NCBI GenBank assembly: GCA_002633005.1
Contig: NMRA01000169.1
Coordinates: forward strand, 651,595-715,594
Reading direction: 5' to 3'
DNA: 64,000 nt
DNA from: Phoronis australis
Taxonomy: Eukaryota; Animalia; Phoronida
In this document: piece by piece, positions 52,706-64,000 of the stretch
Layout of the letters: every line of letters begins with the position of its first letter
Position numbering within the stretch: the first letter of the stretch is position 1
Position numbers and translations under genes: made by a program
The notes under the pieces: model-generated
Told to the model about the DNA's origin: nothing
Database searches by the model: none
Seen by the model: the letters and a program-made list of their open reading frames with translations, nothing else

Positions 52706-54033
52706 AGGCGAAGGCAACCTTTTTTCATGTCAAAAATAAGGTTCGTTGATTATCCCAGACATATTTTTCACTTATTTACTGTTTTTCGTAATTTAATAAT
52801 TACTCTTCGTCTACTCCGGAAGTGACGTTTTGGGAGGCAAGAATTTCGCGCCAATTTCTTTTCATATAGTCTGACTGTGAGAGCAGTCGAGCCAGTCATT
52901 GTTCTACCTCGGTTGTGACAAATTCGGTCGTCGTTTGCTTTTGCTTACGAGTCAGTCAGTCAACATGCCACGCTGTTGCTGCGTTCAGGGGTGTACTCAT
53001 TATCGTCTCACGTACAGAAGAAGAACTGTCCCACTTGACAGAGTGTCCCGCGACACACTCCCACTGAAGGGTGATCTGAGCTCCCAAACTGCTTACATCC
53101 CGCAGTGTGACTCCCTCGCCACACACCTGTCACCTTCCAAATAGCTCCAATACAAGTCCACAATAAACTTATCAAACTTAGGCTCACCGATCTGTTCATT
53201 GGATGACGAACAGTCCTCTTTCCTGGGTGTCGAACTGGGCCTGTATTCACTCCCACTACTCAACACCGCTGCAGGGCTGCTTACAGGCTCTGGGCGAGAG
53301 ACAACAGCACATGGCGACTCACTGCTAGTTCCCGGAATTGCACGCAATGCGGGTACGTTCGGAGGCACACCTGACAGTAGATGAAGTGCCTCCAGTCACT
53401 GTATATAGTGGCCACAGATCGCGAGGCTTCTCTTTTCAAAAACGCACTTCTCGGGGTTGGCGACGGGGCACTGCCGGGATTCAACAGCGACGGTATGGTA
53501 CCCGGCTTCTTCAGGCGTTGTTTCACAGGGACCTTCATCAATTCAGCGAACATATCTGTCATAATCTGACGGCAGAAAATGCTTGCCACACATTTAGTAA
53601 CCCTCCACGCTTTGTACGTTGCGTAGACGGGTAGCGCTGCGTTCTTCACATGAACGAGCTACCCAAGTACGGCGAAGTGTGTCATCCTTCGGAAAGCGAC
53701 GCAAGGTACCCAAAGCGCGTGTGAGACGATAATGAGTACATCCCGGCACGCAGCAACAGCGTGGTATGTTGACTGACTTGTAAACAAACGCAAACGACGA
53801 CCGAACTTATCACAACCGAGGTAGAACAATGACTGACTCGACAGCTCTCACAGTCAGACTATAATGAAAAGAAATTGGCGCGAAACTCTTTGCTCCCAAA
53901 ACGTCACTTCCGGAGAAGAGGATGAGAAATTAATCAAATTACAAAAAGCTGTAATTAAGTGAAAAATGTGTCCGGGATAATCAACGAACCTTATTTTTGC
54001 TAAAAATGACATGAAAAATGGTTGCTTTCGCCT
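52706..54033 (-). mobile_element. Internally deleted Kolobok-like DNA transposon with ~310-bp TIRs and a THAP/zinc-finger transposase remnant
   Basis: TTAA on both sides (52702-52705, 54034-54037); termini AGGCGAA...TTCGCCT; TIRs 52706-53011 and 53722-54033. Frameshifted minus-strand THAP (PRCCCVPGC...RFPKD...W...CGKHF...GTIPS) followed by a CxxC...WECVAGH..KWDS motif typical of Kolobok transposases. Confidence 0.85.
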
Positions 54034-54393
54034 TTAACTAAAAAGTATCTCAACGTTTCATGTAGTATATTGTAAACGAGTATACAACAAAAAACAAATA
54101 ACAAAAATGTGAAATGATGTGCATTCACGTTAACATACTATCTCCGTTTAGTAGAACAAGGCCATTGGTAGCTACTCGTGGAACTATTTCCATGGGAACA
54201 ATAGCACGCTCACAATACGCTATATCAGATCCTGCTCTTACGCCACTTTCTGTTTTAACCACCAAACGTGAGCTAGATCAGATTCTCGTGTAGGTAAGTC
54301 ATATGAAATAGTCACTCCGAGACGTAATACGATTATGAAATGTATAAAAAGCGCAGAATGCATCTATTACCACAGGTTGTGGGTCGTGGGGGN

Positions 54394-55535
54394 CCAGTCA
54401 TTGTTCTACCTCGGTTGTGACAAATTCGGTCGTCGTTTGCTTTTGCTTACGAGTCAGTCAGTCAACATGTCACGCTGTTGCTGCGTTCAGGGGTGAACTC
54501 ATTATCGTCTCACGTACAGAGGAAGAACTGTCCCACTTGACAGAGTGTCCCGCGACACACTCCCACTGAAGGGTGATCTGAGCTCCCAAACTGCTTACAT
54601 CCCGCAGTGTGACTCCCTCGCCACACTCCTGGCACCTTCCAAATAGCTCCAATACAAGTCCACAATAAACTTATCAAACTTAGGCTCACCGATCTGTTCA
54701 TTGGATGACGAACAGTCGATCCTCTTCCCTGGGTGTCGAACTGGGCCTGTATTCACTCCCACTACTCAACACCGCTGCAGGACTGCTTACAGGCTCTGGA
54801 CTAGAGACAACAGCACATGGCGACTCACTGCTAGTTCCCGGAATTGCACGTAATGGGGTACGTTCGGAGGCACAGGTGACAGTAGATGAAGTGCCTCCAG
54901 TCACTGTATATAGTGGCCACAGCTCGCGAGGCTTCTCGCTTCAAAAACGCACTTCTCGGGGTTGGCGACGGGGCACTGCCGGGATTCAACAGCGACGGTA
55001 TGTTACCCTTCTTCAGGCGTTGTTTCGCAGGGACCTTCATCAATTCAGCGTACATATCTATCATAATCTGACGGCAGAAAATGCTTGCCACACATTCAGT
55101 AACCCTCCACGCTTTGTACGTTGCGTAGACGGGTAGCGCTGCGTTCTTCATATGAACGAGCTAGCCAAGTACGGCGAAGTGTGTCATCCTTCGGAAAGCG
55201 ACGCAAGGTACCCAAAGCGCGTGTGAGACGATAATGAGTACATGCCGGCACGCAGCAACAGCGTGGTATGTTGACTGACTTGTAAACAAACGCACACAAC
55301 GACCGAACTTATCACAACCGAGGTAGAACAATGACTGACTCGACAGCTCTCACAGTCAGACTATAATGAAAAGAAATTGGCGCGAAACTCTTGGCTCCCA
55401 AAACGTCACTTCCGGAGTAAAGGACGAGAAATTAATCGAATTACGAAAAGCTGTAATTAAGTGAAAAATGTGTCCGGGATAATCAACGAACCTTATTTTT
55501 GCTAAAAATGACATGAAAAATGATTGCTTTCGCCT
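54394..55535 (-). mobile_element. Second copy (probable allele) of the Kolobok-like element, left end truncated by the contig start
   Basis: Near-identical to 52892-54033; ends TTCGCCT|TTAA; encodes ELFGRCQECG...WECVAGHSVKWDSS. Confidence 0.8.
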
Positions 55536-55710
55536 TTAACTAAAAGTATCTCAACGTTTCATGTAGTATATTGTAAACGAGTATACAACAGAAAACAAAT
55601 AACAAAAATGTGAAATGATGTGCATTCACGTTAACATACTATCTCCGTTTAGTAGAACAAGGCCATTGGTAGCTACTCGTGGAACTATTTCCATGGGAAC
55701 AATAGCACGC

Positions 55711-55949
55711 CAGTGGCAGATCTACGATTTCAGTAAGGGCGGGGGGTTTAGGATTCGAAAGAATCCAAGGCGCGTAGCGCCGAGGAGAAGGAAGGTCGCA
55801 AGAGGGTTTCCCTCCTCCCGTTTAAGATTATTTGGGATTTTTAGTAGCTAATTTCGTTTTTCTGGCGATATTTTTTCCAGTTTTTATTTTTGATCCTGTC
55901 CCGAGGGGGGGGGTTAAACCCCCTGAACCCCCCTGTAGATCCGTCTCTG
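55711..55949. mobile_element. 239-bp hAT-like MITE with a 5-bp TSD (CACGC)
   Basis: Imperfect 15-bp TIR CAGTGGCAGATCTAC / GTAGATCCGTCTCTG; CACGC at 55706-55710 and 55950-55954; empty site visible at 54205-54209. Confidence 0.9.
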
Positions 55950-56119
55950 CACGCTCACAATACGCTATATCAGATCCTGCTCTTACGCCACTTTCTGTTT
56001 TAACCACCAAACGTGAGCTAGATCAGATTCTTGCGTAGGTAAGTCCTATGAAATAGTCACTCCGAGACGTAATACGATTATGAAATGTATAAAAAGCGCA
56101 GAATGCATCTATTACCACA

Positions 56120-56181
56120 GGTTGTGGGTTGTGGGTCGTGGGGGTTGTGGGTCGTGGGGGTTGTGGGTCGTGGGGGTTGTG
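56120..56181. repeat. G-rich 16-bp tandem repeat (GTTGTGGGTCGTGGGG) ending at an assembly N
   Basis: Direct reading; the same repeat precedes the N at 54393. Confidence 0.8.
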
Positions 56182-56764
56182 NGCCAAGTAAAAAGATGTC
56201 AAACCCCGTTTTGGCGATTTTAACCTATCCTCGTTTAGTCCCCTGCTAACGCACCATTGGTATCTCACTTTAGTGATATTAGCAAGATTCAATTAACTAT
56301 TTATCGTCAGTGTTTTTTTTGGAATGGATATGATTCTTGTTGGCTGAACTTTAACTCACGCAGCCTGTGGGCCACACTTGCATATTTAGTACTAAAGGGC
56401 TTTCACAATTGCTCCACACTGTTGACTGAGAGTCGACAATGGTGGTTCCAGAGCATTATTTTGCTTTTAAAAGCTGGACGTGAAAGTTGTTGTTTGTATC
56501 GTTTGGTAAGCAAAAACAGGGTTTAGTGTCCTCTTAAGCTTGATCATATTTGTTTTTGGCCAAAATATGAGTAATAACTTTAAAGTCAGCGCATTTCGGC
56601 TTATTATCACTAAACCATTCTCAAGCCAAGAGTACTTGCGCAGACTGTGCTCCATGTTACCAGTGAAGAACATTCGTCTTGAGAATAGTTTAGTGATAAT
56701 AAACAAAACCTCGATTAATACAATGCCTCCTTTTAAGCTAACTGTTGCCAAAATAATCATAATC

Positions 56765-56770
56765 TTTATT
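56765..56770 (-). terminator. Candidate polyadenylation signal (AATAAA) of the torsin gene
   Basis: AATAAA on the minus strand ~36 nt downstream of the stop codon. Confidence 0.4.
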
Positions 56771-56805
56771 GACAGTTTCATTTGGAAAACAAAATAACTA
56801 CTTCG

Positions 56806-58080
56806 TCAAAGCATAATGTAGTTTACTTTATCCGACACCCGTTTACAACCGAATTTAGAAAATATTTGATCTTTTTCTGGGAAGTATGGCAGTTCATTAG
56901 ATATCTTGTTTATGAGGTCTGGCGTGACCTCACTGATGTGCTTCATCAGTAAGTCTCTGTACACACACAAGTGGACATGCTTCTTCATTAAAGGTAAGAA
57001 AGGCAGTGTGAAGTTAAGCAGACCAGAGCCTTCAATTACCCTGTACCACATAACATTAGGATCAGTTTTGCGTTTGGTGCCAGTGAACAAAGGTTGCATC
57101 TCAGCATAAGATAAAGAGTTTCTCTGACGCATCTTCACTGCAGTTTCTTCGTAAACATACATGGCGATATCATGACCAAATGAGTTACTAAGCAACAGCA
57201 CAATCAACTTGGTACCACTGCTTTTCATGGTTTCTTTAAGTTTGTTTAGTGCTGTAACTAGCCCAAAGATGGCTTTACTTGATGCCTTGTCAATTTCATC
57301 AATAAGGATAATATTAACTGCACACATCATAACCAGTTCTTCTACAATCTTTTGCATTTCATAAAACTGGGCTTGGCTGTCGTTTATATAAGGGAAATGC
57401 AAGGGGATAATAATTTTACTTAACGGCGTGTTCAGTTCAGAGGCGATGATATTACTGATATGATTCTTGCCCACCCCTGTACCACCGTTCATGGCGATCA
57501 CCAAAGGATGAGACTCCGTATTGCCAACATAATCTGGTATGGCAGAAAGGATGACTTGCTTGGCTATATGCTGACCAAATAACTTATCATCCAGTTCTCC
57601 TTTGAAATGGTCCGAGTTCACAGCCATCCTGCCACCATGGCAAGATAGCTTCCTATCAAGAAGTGAAATAAACTGTGCCCCAAACTGAAAAGCTATTGCA
57701 GCAATCAATAGTACCACTACAAATAAAATAAATTTCTTCAGCATGTATAGCAATGTTATCCTTAAACATATGTTGCTTCCACTTGCTGTAGCATCAAAAG
57801 TTCTATGTCTTTTTGGACTCCTTCCCTCAATGCTGTCTTCTTTTAACTTTAAAGTTAACCTTCTACCAGGTGACTTGTTCCGTTTCCTAGACAACATATC
57901 TGAAGTCTGGAGTGATCTTGCTCTTCTGGCCGGAGATCTGTGTTGAATGTCTTCAGTTTGTAACGAACCAGTCCCGTGTGAATTAGGGGGTAAAGAGTGT
58001 TGTCTTTTTCTATGGATCACAAGCTTCTTCCTTCGAGAACATGGCGAATCAACCATATGACCACTGTTAGTGTCACTCAT
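56806..58080 (-). CDS. TOR4A: Torsin family AAA+ ATPase, torsin-4A-like (424 aa, single coding exon)
   Basis: LFGQHIA torsin motif, Walker A GGTGVGKN, Walker B IILIDEIDK, sensor-1 LLLSN, PFLPL..KHV..C, sensor-2 FSKFGCKRV. A basic N-terminus followed by one TM segment matches TOR4A architecture. Acceptor tttcag lies immediately before the ATG. Confidence 0.9.
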   Translation of the reverse strand: MSDTNSGHMVDSPCSRRKKLVIHRKRQHSLPPNSHGTGSLQTEDIQHRSPARRARSLQTSDMLSRKRNKSPGRRLTLKLKEDSIEGRSPKRHRTFDATASGSNICLRITLLYMLKKFILFVVVLLIAAIAFQFGAQFISLLDRKLSCHGGRMAVNSDHFKGELDDKLFGQHIAKQVILSAIPDYVGNTESHPLVIAMNGGTGVGKNHISNIIASELNTPLSKIIIPLHFPYINDSQAQFYEMQKIVEELVMMCAVNIILIDEIDKASSKAIFGLVTALNKLKETMKSSGTKLIVLLLSNSFGHDIAMYVYEETAVKMRQRNSLSYAEMQPLFTGTKRKTDPNVMWYRVIEGSGLLNFTLPFLPLMKKHVHLCVYRDLLMKHISEVTPDLINKISNELPYFPEKDQIFSKFGCKRVSDKVNYIML

Positions 58081-60499
58081 CTGAAACTAAGTGAATACAG
58101 ACACACATTATGGCAGAGATAAGAGAGATTTAAACCATGCCAAGGTCTTGCATGTGAAGGAACATGAGATGTAGCAAATCTGGCCAACGACAGGGAGCAG
58201 GCGTACTGTGTTGGTCCCAAACTGGGAAAACTTTCTCAGTCACGTTTATTTATGGATGGGGACCGTAACTGGGACTAAGAGAGAACAGGTTTGTGGAACC
58301 ATGATGTTTAACAACAAGTTCTTTGGGCTCTGTCGGCTGGACACATGTGCGCTTCTAAAAGTGGCATTTTCTCCATCAATAGGATGTAAGTCTCCAACAG
58401 GGTGACTTCCGCCAACAGCGAAAATGAAAGCCACAACTGGCACAAGTTTTGTCTCGGGATAAGACTATGAGAAAGTATGAGATCGAGTCTGAGTGCAGAG
58501 ATTTTAGTAGTTGATTTACAACAACCGAAATGTCAATTTCGACTTCCTCAGTGTCAGAAATTGCCCATAGTTCCCGACAAATCTCCTGCAAATCGGGCCA
58601 GGTTCCGTTTATTAACCAGAAACCGCGCTCCTTACCTTCGATATTTTTCAAGATGAAAGGTCGACAACCACAAAACACGTCAACTTCTTTGACCTATTTT
58701 TGTGACCTATTTATGCAGGCTGAGAAATTTGCCAACAATAATATTGCAAATAATTATTAGCAAAACCACCCTTTACGTTATATTTGGAGACTATAAATAT
58801 GCATGTTATGCAGAAAAATGCACAAGGCGACATAAAACACCAGTAAAATTCGGACTGCTGACAAATTCCTGCCGATATGTTTGATGTAAGCGGTATCACT
58901 AAGAAGTCACTTCCGTTGTTGAGGGAAGCTTTGAAACCCTTCTCTGCCTTAAACGTCTTTACCTGCAGCAACATTTATGTGCTTTTTTGCTTGTAATATT
59001 GTTCGACCATTAGATCGGTATGTATTGCACTCATATTATTTTAACAGACTTGATTGTTGTTGTTTTAAAAGACAAATCAAGTTTCCAAAAATTAGCCAAT
59101 ATATTTGTCATTTGTGCCACCTACTTTACTTACTTAGCAGTGCCAGTAGACTCGAGACGGTGACGGTCCTCACCTCAGTCATAGACGCTTCATACGGCGG
59201 ACGCTTTTCGGCGAATTATCTCTCACACTGATTAAACCATAAAACTTAGGTTGCTGTAATAACCTTTTTGCGCATAGAGGGATGCCTTAGGACATCGATG
59301 GACTCCTAAGGTGTCCCTCTGCGCCCATCTCATAACGCTTTTTTGACTGTGAACCAAACTAGGATCTTCATAGAGTATACGCTGAATACACTTTTGTCAC
59401 TGGGTTCGTTTCATGCCACAAAAAGGGTGGAAAGTGAAATCAAACATCTCAATTCATTAGGCAACTCTTATCTTGATAATTTAAGATTAAAGTACAGTTA
59501 AGAGTGATTAGAAGGACTTGCGTTGTTCTAACCGTGCAAAGTTACATGCTAGCCAGCTCAGTACAGTCCATTATGACAATATAATCTTATGCTATTAGAT
59601 GGGTATTTAGCTGTGTTTGATTACAGTCAGAGCTCACTGTCACATGGTAAACTGTCCCCTGACTGAGCATTCCTTCTAGAAAATTTTCACTGTCTGCTGT
59701 CGTTAGTAACGGCCAGATATAGAGCTGAAAATTTTATATGTTACAAGATGTGTGGTAATAATTGACTTCAATGAAACTACTGAGGGGTCCTTAATAAGTT
59801 AAAAATATGATAAAAACCTCCTGATTGGTTTTATCTCCCAATGACAGTGGTTTCTAAATCAAGGCTAAATGTAATTGATATCAAGTTAGTTCATTGTTAA
59901 GCGTACCCGTGGTCTTTTATCTGGCATTATGACTTGTGAACCAATCATTCAACGAATCAAAACCCAACGGGAATTAAGTTTATAATCTGCTGAAAACTAA
60001 CATGCCTTTGTCTAATTTTTTCATATTTCTTTTAGGCAAATTGATCCAAACCTAACTTTTCACGAGGAATTCAATTTCAGAAGCCAAAGAGTACAAATGT
60101 CATCAGTTTTAGTCCATGATCAATGATTTTAGTCGCTGTTTTATTGAAGTGAAGTCATCACTTGTGAGTTAATTGGTCTTCTCCACACAAAACGACCTCT
60201 GACCTTGAGACTGGTGTTCATGATAAACATTCTTCTTGACGACAGCGGCTCTTGTATTAAGTCTGTTGATGGAATACAAGATGATGTGAGACAAGTCAAA
60301 TTTCATGCGAAATTTAGAAGAAAATGTTCTGCAATTCTTTCAAAACACTCAAATGGTAAATTGAAAATATGCAACATGTATTTCAATACTTTCAGCCATG
60401 TCTGCAGGGATTCATTATTTTTAAGTAGTAGTAAGTAAATAATTATAGTCCTTATACTTTGCTTTGAAATCTAACAATAATCAGGCCAAACGTATTAAG

Positions 60500-60755
60500 A
60501 ACTATGAAGGATCCCACTTACCCTATAGAATTGATGAGAACCCCACTAACCTTGTAGGGTTGTTGAGGACTATACTGACCTAATAAGACTAATAAAAATT
60601 GTACGGACCCTATAATATTGAAGAGGACCCCACTGACCCTATAGAATAGAACCCCATTAAACCTGTAAGGTTGTTGAGGACTACATTGACCTAAAAAGAC
60701 TAATAAGGATTGTACTGACCCTATAAGATTGAAGAAGACCCCACTGGCCCTATAA
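60500..60755. repeat. Degenerate ~23-bp tandem repeat (GAGGACCCCACTGACCCTATAAG-like) with a higher-order ~120-bp duplication
   Basis: GTTGTTGAGGACTA.A.TGACCTAA.AAGACTAATAA occurs twice; subunits recur. Confidence 0.7.
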
Positions 60756-62118
60756 CCTTTCCTAACCTTAGATAAGAATTAGTCACCTGAAACCTTGCTT
60801 TTGACGAATGAAAACAGTTAAATTCCAGTTCTGAAAATGTCCACACAGGAACAAGTCCTTAGACCAATTTTAGAGTGTGCAAATTGCACATTGTTTTAAA
60901 GATTAGTATTATGCAAACCAAGGAGGTAGGATTTAATAATACTGAAGTATGATGCCAGTTTCAAAATGAGCTTCAACCACCAATATCTGTGTACTGAAGC
61001 AAATTATGGCATTGTTTTTAGTATTTTATTATTCATTCACTATTATCTCTGGAATACTATGATGCACAAGTCATTGATGAAAGTGTGAAAATATCAGTTA
61101 AGGTATATTGACTTGGAAACACTGTTGTAACAGTACCATCAAACATTCAGTCATACACGGAATGAAATTTCAATTTAATTAAAGGGATTTATTTCTAGCA
61201 TGATAAACATATTTGTTATTTTGGCTGTCTTTGAGAAATTGCCTGATTTGTCGTTTTTAAGGGGACTGCAAATCGTCACATTTCTGAATCAAGGCCTAGA
61301 TCATTATATTGATTCATGGTTTACTTTTAAAGTTTTTATTTTATAATGCTCTTACCGCAGGCTGCCAAACACTTATCAGTATTCAAAGAATTGATGCTTT
61401 CTATTACCGAGACCCTTGTCTCCATAGTAACAAGTCATGTGTAGGGTTACCAGGTAATAGTGTCACCATTTTCTGCTTGACTGAGCTTAATGTTATGCAA
61501 AATCTTATTGGTGGTTCTCTGCATTTAACCAAAATTATAGGATTCAAGGCACTTAAAGAACATTTATTTTTGATGAAAGTACAAAGCCTGTTTTTGCTTT
61601 CTTCCAATCCGCCATTAATTGGATCCCATTAAAATGTATTTCCTATAAAATTAATAAAAAATGGAACGTATATTCAAAGCAAAACAATGGTATCAATAAA
61701 ATGGATAAAGTTGTTTTGTAAGTGTTAATTGATTAAAAGATGAAATCTCGAAAATGCTCTTGTTAATTTTTGTAAATTTTTGCTTAATTTTTATTTTATG
61801 CAACTTTTGTTTTTTCATCAAAGTGTTAAAGTCCTATTTTGTTAGTACTGCATGTAAAAGTTGAAAATTTTAAAACTGAAAACAATTCCTGACAGCACTT
61901 TAGAGTTCAGTACATAAACTATGATATCGGAAAGTTTCATTTCGAAGTAAGTGAGATTTAGAATTTTTGTAGGATCTCATTGATTTAATGAACTTTAAAT
62001 TTCTTTTTGAAGTTTGAGGTGCTTGTGACAGTTCCTTCATCAAGGGTGGATCAATGAAGCTTGTTACTTGACTGATGACCTGATACAGTGCTAGACACCT
62101 TCTGGCTTGTACATTGCC

Positions 62119-64000
62119 ATGGCGATGCACGCCAGTTTAGTGGATGAGTTTGAGAGGAAGCCGTCGATACATAGTCAGAGTGTTCACAGCTTGACTGAGA
62201 ATAGTGAAGCTATTAATGAGACTGAGGAAATAAATGAGGTAAGTTGGTGGGTGCAAGCCATGTAATTAAGTCTAGGACTAGACCTCCATTGTTATGATAA
62301 CTTTTCACCAATAAGGCAGACTTATGAAATGTTATTTTGTCAAATTTCCAGCAAAAAATAATAATCAAGAGATTTTAGTCCATGGAAATGCATGGAACGA
62401 CATTTACTGTAATGAAATTGGCATTTTTTGCAGAAAGGTAATCAAGACCTTTAAAAACAGAAAAAAATGACAATTTTTGCAGTTATTTTTGTGAATAGTT
62501 ATCATACTTAATGTGGTTTTGATATGAATTTTAGTAAAAATTCTCCACTTTGGCACAGTCTTTGGGATGCGGAAACTCACACAAAATTGAATCTTCTTTA
62601 TTATTGAACTTGGGACAAGGACAAATTTTGCTTTCTTTCCTGTCATTCATGAATTTGGGACAGCCAATATTTCTTCCAACCTTGAGCAAAGTACTAAAAT
62701 TTTCACTGTCCCATATTGGAGAATTTTTACTGTGATTTTCTCTGAGAACACAATTTCTTTCTCTTTGCCTGTACATTTAAAGCCACTTCCAGTTAAAGTC
62801 GCCTCTATAGTTTTGCTGTGAAGTATATTTTTCCTCCTGTGATGACCAATAAAGAAACTCATTTTAGGTCAAGGTCTTGCGTTACCAAGGTGACCAGGCA
62901 TTTGACCTACAGGACTATGCTAGTGCCATTCAATTCTACACGGAGGCGCTTCAGATTGACGAAAGAAATGTAGAGATCATCGGATGTCGAGCGGCGGCGT
63001 ACGTGGAGCAGAGCAAGTATGTAGAAGCACACAAGGACGCCAGCCTAATGTTAAGCATCGATGACAATTACCCGCAGGTAAGCCACCTGGGCCTGTTTGC
63101 CTGTCTTATATTTGTGTGACCATCACACATTTGTCTTTGTGAATAAAGTGCAAAACAAACACGTTTCAAAGAATCCAGTCAACGTGTTGTCAATCACCGG
63201 TGTGATGTAACACGACTCTTTTCATCACTAAGACAAGTTTTGATTTAAACCGTTATTATAAAATTGGTCTCAAATTGTTCTTCATTCAAAAGTGATGTGA
63301 TTTCTGGGCTCTGAGAGAGCGGAAGATACGTTATTGCAAAATGTTAGATGTTGGCATGTATTGGAGTAAAACTGCTAAAGAGTCAATAAGACTGGCTCAT
63401 GTCATAGTACGTCATTCATAGTATTGTGAAGTAGCACACTAATACACAAAATATGCCTAAAATTTCTTCACAATCTCACCAAGCAGAGCAGAAATCATAC
63501 TTTGAAAAGTGAAGCATTTGAAAAGTTATACTACTGAGCACTAGTAAGACCAGGGACCTGTTTCCGCAAATTGACTTAGGTCAGAAATCTGGTCTTATGC
63601 TATTAGAAAACTAGTTTTGAAAAATAATTAAAATTCACTTTCAGCAAAAGCACAGAGTACCTGAGAATATTTTCATAATTGCCAGTCTCTGCGATAATTT
63701 TGTGAGTTATTTCAAGACTGTGATGTGTTCATGAGTACTTGGCTAAACTTTTTCCTGGAATTGTGAAATGGGAGCGTAAGACCAAATTTCTGTCTAAAGT
63801 GACTTTCACAAAACAGGCCCCAGAAGTTCTATTCTCTTTCTGACTTCATGGTATTCTTGTGATGATGCCTCTAGATTGCTGTGTGTGAGTTGATGCAACA
63901 TTTCACATTGTGTTTTAGGGCCATTACTTGATGGGGGTTACACTTAACAGCCTTGGCCAACAGCAGGAGGCAATACAGTCATTTCTGTCTGCGCTGTCCC
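62119..64000 (+). CDS. TPR-repeat protein, 5' part (resembles the N-terminal TPR clamp of TTC28-like proteins); continues beyond the window
   Basis: Kozak GCCATGG at 62119. Phase-0 exons 62119-62238 (MAMHASLVDEF...EEINE), 62868-63077 (VKVLRYQGDQAFDLQDYASAIQFYTEALQID...AAAYVEQSKYVEAHKDA...PQ) and 63919-end (GHYLMGVTLNSLGQQQEAIQSFLSALS) encode three consecutive TPR motifs. Confidence 0.85.
63554..63820. mobile_element. Harbinger-like MITE in a TPR gene intron, CAG TSD
   Basis: ~45-bp imperfect TIR GGACCTGTTT...CAGAAATCTGGTCTTATGC / GCGTAAGACCAAATTTCTG...AAACAGGCCC. Confidence 0.7.

Larger units (their letters stand above)
52892..56144. other. N-joined tandem duplication (52892-54392 / 54394-~56144), probable uncollapsed haplotypes
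   Basis: Single N at 54393; the second copy starts in mid-TIR. Confidence 0.8.

Noticed and set aside
52892-55535. Tandem pair of THAP elements as a direct-repeat (LTR-like) transposon structure
   Set aside because: The duplication includes flanking host DNA, starts in mid-TIR and is joined by one N, consistent with an assembly haplotype overlap.

Overview
AT-rich animal genomic DNA with spliceosomal GT-AG introns. It is probably a marine invertebrate, possibly a lophotrochozoan (inference only). Most entries in the ORF track are spurious or are exon fragments. I could reconstruct four protein-coding genes by hand, with consistent intron phases. (1) A secreted short-chain collagen-like gene on the minus strand: ATG at 13129, running off the left edge; signal peptide, ~160-aa globular domain, Thr-rich linker, 50 Gly-X-Y triplets. 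(2) A complete EHMT1/2 (G9a/GLP) H3K9 methyltransferase on the minus strand, 47924..20060, 26 coding exons, ~1395 aa. (3) A single-coding-exon torsin-4A-like AAA+ ATPase on the minus strand, 58080..56806. (4) The 5' end of a TPR protein on the plus strand, from 62119. Introns and intergenic DNA carry many non-autonomous DNA transposons (Harbinger-, Tc1/mariner-, Kolobok- and hAT-like) and minisatellites. Three tandem duplications, each joined by a single N (3549, 12124, 54393), look like uncollapsed haplotypes; they expose allelic variants, including an empty versus filled MITE site. The most unusual item is an internally deleted THAP-bearing Kolobok element whose ~310-bp inverted termini both carry promoter motifs and the start of the transposase. 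I found no clear evidence of a wholly new multi-gene system.
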